From Syntrophales bacterium (lineage in GTDB: Bacteria > Desulfobacterota > Syntrophia > Syntrophales > UBA2210), in contig CAXXKT010000001.1 in NCBI GenBank assembly GCA_963662405.2, forward strand, positions 1 through 64,000: DNA of 64,000 nucleotides. The letters run 5' to 3'. Position 1 is the stretch's first letter. Every line of letters starts with the position of its first letter. A model generated the notes under the pieces. The model saw nothing but the letters and a program-made list of their open reading frames with translations. It did no database searches and was not told the origin of the DNA. The translations under genes and the position numbers were made by a program. Of this stretch, positions 60,012-64,000 are shown one piece after another.

Positions 60012-60989
60012 TTATGTATATACCTCATCCAGGACTTCCCGCCCCCCCCGGGAGAGGATCCGCTCCGCAAGCGTGAGACCCATCTCTTCCGCGTCTGAAC
60101 TGTCCCCCCTGATTTCGTCCATGATCATCACGGTTCCGTCAACGGAACCGACAAGACCTTTGACAATCAGCCTGTCCCCCTGTTTGTGAGCGATACCGGC
60201 AATCGGTACCTGGCACCCTCCGCCCAGGCGCCGGAGAAACGCCCGCTCGGCGGCACTTTCCACCACCGTATCCGGGTGATTGAGGGGATCGACCAGATCG
60301 CGGATCACCCTATCATCCTCCCGCACCTCGATCCCCAGGACCCCCTGGCCCACCGCAGGCATCATGATCTCTATGGGGATATACTGCGAGATATCCGCCC
60401 CACGGCCGACCCGTTTCATCCCGGCGGCCGCGATGATGATCCCTTCCAGGTCCTCTGTTGCGATCTTCCGTATCCGCGTATCGATGTTTCCGCGGATGGG
60501 AACCACCTCTATATCCGGCATCAGTTTCCTGAGCTGCATCCCCCGCCGGAGGGACCCGGTGCCGATCCTCGCCCCCTGGGCCATTCCCTCGATCTTCCGT
60601 CCCTCCCGTGAAACGAGTACATCCCGCGGGTCTTCCCGCTCCGGCACGGCAGCTATCATCATGCCGTCGAGGAGTTCCACCGGGACATCCTTCATGCTGT
60701 GAACTGCCAGAGCGATATCACCGTTGAACAACGACTCTTCGATCTCCTTGACAAAGATCCCCTTCCCGCCAATCTCCACCAGGGAGACATTCTGCATCCG
60801 GTCCCCGCGCGTTTTGATGGGGACGACTTCGATGAAAAGCTCAGGGTACATTTTTTTCAATCGATCCGCAACCATCTTGGCCTGGGCCAGGGCGAGATCA
60901 CTCCCCCGTGTGCCTATCCGTATCGTATCTATGGTACCGCTCCTTTCGCACTGTATAAGAATGTAACCATTCGCATCATCCGGCTCCAT
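60012..60989 (-). CDS. hemC: Hydroxymethylbilane synthase
   Basis: IGTRGSDLALAQ, GKGIFVKEIE, VHSMKD, GGGCQVP; start uncertain. Confidence 0.93.
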   Translation of the reverse strand: MEPDDANGYILIQCERSGTIDTIRIGTRGSDLALAQAKMVADRLKKMYPELFIEVVPIKTRGDRMQNVSLVEIGGKGIFVKEIEESLFNGDIALAVHSMKDVPVELLDGMMIAAVPEREDPRDVLVSREGRKIEGMAQGARIGTGSLRRGMQLRKLMPDIEVVPIRGNIDTRIRKIATEDLEGIIIAAAGMKRVGRGADISQYIPIEIMMPAVGQGVLGIEVREDDRVIRDLVDPLNHPDTVVESAAERAFLRRLGGGCQVPIAGIAHKQGDRLIVKGLVGSVDGTVMIMDEIRGDSSDAEEMGLTLAERILSRGGREVLDEVYT

Positions 60990-61110
60990 CTCTCATCGAC
61001 CGTTACGTCGCGGTCTTTATAAAAAGGTCTATACCACACATTCCCCCCGATTTGGTCCACCCGTTGCATTCAAATCCAGCCATTCGGGTCCTTCTTGGAA
61101 ACAGACCCCT

Positions 61111-61929
61111 TCAGGAAAGGAACGGCAGTATGTCGTACAGCGTCACCCTTCCCGGATCTTTTTTCTTTTTCCTGCGGTCATTGAATCGGTGGATACCCTG
61201 AAACGGCCTTCCGGTAATCCCCTCCTCAATACCGTCATAGACGACGTCCTCCGTATAGGTCTCTCTGAAGGTCCGACAGACGGGTTCCGCGCATGATGTC
61301 CCCATGTCTTCAATGACAGACACAAGCAACTTGAGAACCTCACGCGAAGCGCATCGGACGGGTGATTCCCACGGCCTTCCCATCTCGAAATCGCAGTGAT
61401 ACAGGACACCCTGAGCAAGAATGATGTTCCGGGTATTCGCGTCGATATGAAAGAGCCGGTTGTCGCCGGTACGGAGTGCAACCCGGTGGCGGCCGCCGGT
61501 GTCCAGGAAGAGTGCGGCCAGTTGTTCCTGCTTTTCAGCCGCGCCGAACCGCTCCGACCGGATAAATTCCCTGATCGTCATCCCCTCGATATATCGCGTG
61601 GTCAGGACGGGGAGATGTGATAACTCAGCAAAAGGGTTCTCGGTGATGGCCGGGACGCCATAATCGTTTTTTTCCCAGTGCCGGAGGACCTCCTTCTCAA
61701 AGTCCCTCCGACGGGACGGTGATCGGTATTCAACGGGCTGTCTCATTCCGAGACCATCGAGAGCCCTCCTGATCTCATAGGACACCCGCGGTTCTTTCGG
61801 ACCGTACACCTTCACGAAAAGATGATCCCCGCCGAAGGGAATCTTGTACGCGGCGTTCGTGTGGGCAGACCGAATCCGGTACTGTTCAAATTCGTCCCGC
61901 AGATCGCGCCGGCTACTTCTGGAAGACAT
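61111..61929 (-). CDS. Hypothetical protein with kinase-like motifs
   Basis: FVKVY, HIDANTRNII, CDFE resemble LPS/sugar kinase motifs. Confidence 0.55.
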   Translation of the reverse strand: MSSRSSRRDLRDEFEQYRIRSAHTNAAYKIPFGGDHLFVKVYGPKEPRVSYEIRRALDGLGMRQPVEYRSPSRRRDFEKEVLRHWEKNDYGVPAITENPFAELSHLPVLTTRYIEGMTIREFIRSERFGAAEKQEQLAALFLDTGGRHRVALRTGDNRLFHIDANTRNIILAQGVLYHCDFEMGRPWESPVRCASREVLKLLVSVIEDMGTSCAEPVCRTFRETYTEDVVYDGIEEGITGRPFQGIHRFNDRRKKKKDPGRVTLYDILPFLS

Positions 61930-62545
61930 ATATCAAATCCTGACTGAATACCGTCGGCCACAGTTTGGCACGGATGGTATGCTTGGGGGTGGTTAAACGG
62001 TGCAACCGAAAACCGGCACGCGCAACCATCCGCTGAAAGTCGGGACCGGTCTGGAAGTTCACGTGAGCCCCCGATATGGGCGGAAAGGTGCCGAAGAGAA
62101 ATTTCAGACGGTGGTGATAGTAACAGATGTTCGGGATCACCCCGATAAACCAGCCGCCATCCGTGAGCAGCTCCCGCACCTGTCCGACAAACCGCTCCGG
62201 GTCCTGGAGATGATGAACGATCCTGCTGGCGATGACAAGATCCATCGGCTCCGGGTAAGAGGGGAGCCCTTTGTTGAGATCACATACCGTGATGGTGCTC
62301 GTATCGAAATCGTACAGTTCGAACGCCTTCTTCGATATCTCTATACCGTATGCATGATACCGTTCCCCAAGCCTTTTGAAGACATGTCCCGGACCGACAC
62401 CACAGTCCAGGATCCGTGCCTCCTCTTCCCCGAGAAGACCGGCCGCCGTTTCAATGATCGAACGGTGGACATCGGTAAACTGATAGTGTCCCTTATCCAC
62501 CCGATCTTCCCAGTATTTGTCATATCCCGAAGCGATGTCCGTCAT
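61913..62545 (-). CDS. Class I SAM-dependent methyltransferase
   Basis: LDCGVGPG, GIEIS, CDLN. Confidence 0.82.
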   Translation of the reverse strand: MTDIASGYDKYWEDRVDKGHYQFTDVHRSIIETAAGLLGEEEARILDCGVGPGHVFKRLGERYHAYGIEISKKAFELYDFDTSTITVCDLNKGLPSYPEPMDLVIASRIVHHLQDPERFVGQVRELLTDGGWFIGVIPNICYYHHRLKFLFGTFPPISGAHVNFQTGPDFQRMVARAGFRLHRLTTPKHTIRAKLWPTVFSQDLIYVFQK

Positions 62546-63561
62546 CTTTTTCCTTTCAGTTCGCCTAAGACCCATTCGAATATCTTACGCATCTGCTGTT
62601 CATATGTATAGTCGGCCAGGACCCGTCTCTGACCCGCAAGGGCGATTGTTCTCCTCTCCTCTTCGTGATCCAGGTAATATCGCACCTTTTCCACCATCTC
62701 ATCATCCGTATCGAACACATCCATCTCTCTCCCGACATCGTATATACTCTCGATACCGGATGTCCTCCTGCAGAGATAAAAACCTCCGCACCCCATCACG
62801 GCAAAGCTTCGATTGCTCAGGTATTTCCCTTTGAAAGGGGTATCCGCATCCTGGCCGACAAAGATCTTGCTGTGCCGAATGACATCCGCAAAATCCTTCA
62901 TATACGCCTCGCCCCCCGTCCATGAACGATGCACGCCCCCGTAAAAATATTTTAAATTCCTCATCTGTCTGCAGAGTCGCGGCCCCCACCACTTGACATC
63001 GATCCCCTCTTTCCTGAGCCGGGCAATCAACTGGGACCGCTTTGTATAGATCGGTTTCCCCATGGAGCCAATCATGGCGGCATCCGCATAATATGAGGAA
63101 GGTACCGGTATACCGGGCACATCCGTCAATCCGAAAAACTCGGGGGCAAACCCCTGGTGTATCCAGGTGACATGCTTTATCCCCTTGTCCAGGAGGGAAA
63201 ACATATTGTGGTCCGCGTTCACCACCACACAATCAAAGGCCCGCGCCAGGGGAACCATCCACTCCTCAAGCGAGAGCATGGTAAACCAGAGGATGGTAAC
63301 ACACCCGCATTGTTTTACCTTTGCGGCAAAATCAGGCGAAAACCTTTCTCCCTTCAGGGTAAAGAAAAAATCCGGTTTTTCGGCTGCAACGATGCGCAGG
63401 ATATCGTGTTCATAATCGGGGTGTGTCCGGTAATCGTATCCGATCACCTTATATCCGAGTCGTTCTATCCCCGCAATCATGTATCTGCCCGAGTTCAAAG
63501 GTTCATCGATAGGACCGCAGAACAGGACCTTCCCGGACCGTTTCACTCCATCCGTCATCAT
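62542..63561 (-). CDS. Glycosyltransferase (CgeB-like)
   Basis: SNRSFAVMGCGGFYL, EKVRYYLDH.EER..IA..G..RV...YTY. Confidence 0.8.
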   Translation of the reverse strand: MMTDGVKRSGKVLFCGPIDEPLNSGRYMIAGIERLGYKVIGYDYRTHPDYEHDILRIVAAEKPDFFFTLKGERFSPDFAAKVKQCGCVTILWFTMLSLEEWMVPLARAFDCVVVNADHNMFSLLDKGIKHVTWIHQGFAPEFFGLTDVPGIPVPSSYYADAAMIGSMGKPIYTKRSQLIARLRKEGIDVKWWGPRLCRQMRNLKYFYGGVHRSWTGGEAYMKDFADVIRHSKIFVGQDADTPFKGKYLSNRSFAVMGCGGFYLCRRTSGIESIYDVGREMDVFDTDDEMVEKVRYYLDHEEERRTIALAGQRRVLADYTYEQQMRKIFEWVLGELKGKR

Positions 63562-64000
63562 ACCGGTTTTACCTTCTTCATTCCTTCCTTCCGAGATGAA
63601 AAGATCCGTCTGATCGCCCACATCCAATGCCACCGCGTCATCCCCCGGGAATCATTGACGAGGGTCATGACACGCGGACAGGTGAACGGCTCTTCCAGGG
63701 GAATCTCGTTTTTACCCTTCTGTATCAGAAACTTCTCAGGGGCCTTTTTCTCTCTTCGTTTCAACCGGCGTATGCGTTCGTCTTCGCTCAGCTGCACGGT
63801 AACGTAGATGTCCGCACAGTCCAGGAAACGGCTCGGTATCCAGTTGGAAAAGATAATAACCGGTGCATCGGTGGACTCCAGGGCACGACCAGCCATGCCC
63901 TTCGCAATCCGGATCTTTTCCCATTCCAGTCGCCAGAACCGGGTCGAATAGATCGTATTGTCATCAATGACCAGAATGTCTCTCCGGCGAATGGGGCCGA
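63558..64000 (-). CDS. Hypothetical protein, possibly P-loop kinase-like (5' end outside window)
   Basis: Frame appears open to the window edge; overlaps the glycosyltransferase start. Confidence 0.5.
   Translation of the reverse strand, partial: GPIRRRDILVIDDNTIYSTRFWRLEWEKIRIAKGMAGRALESTDAPVIIFSNWIPSRFLDCADIYVTVQLSEDERIRRLKRREKKAPEKFLIQKGKNEIPLEEPFTCPRVMTLVNDSRGMTRWHWMWAIRRIFSSRKEGMKKVKPV

Overview
64 kb of a GC-rich anaerobic bacterium; the gene content suggests Desulfobacterota/Syntrophales-like, which is an inference. The flanks are metabolic. Left: ETF, acyl-CoA dehydrogenase, FolD, transporters and small enzymes. Right: a sigma54-controlled 4-hydroxybutyrate/crotonyl-CoA catabolic cluster with a Liv-type ABC transporter, the hemC-cobA/hemD-ahbC-hemB-ahbD heme operon and glycosylation genes. 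The centre (~15.0-31.9 kb) is a visibly more AT-rich chromosomal integron with an inverted layout: a frameshifted intI lies on the same strand as, and upstream of, attI and about 10 attC sites. The array carries AbiTii-like, VapBC, decayed YefM-YoeB, MFS, AlkD-like and hydrolase cassettes. It has been invaded by two identical IS1595/IS1016-group elements, ISNCY and IS481-like remnants, a RAYT pseudogene with a family of GGGGAC end motifs, and an IS110 element. The IS110 upstream non-coding region folds like a bridge RNA whose guides read AAAGGAG-N5-ATG, so it appears programmed to insert into Shine-Dalgarno/start-codon junctions, and it sits in exactly such a site. Two or three paralogous promoter-hairpin-terminator units (candidate sRNA family) occur at 31.7, 38.2 and 39.3 kb. 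All calls come from reading the sequence; no database searches were run.
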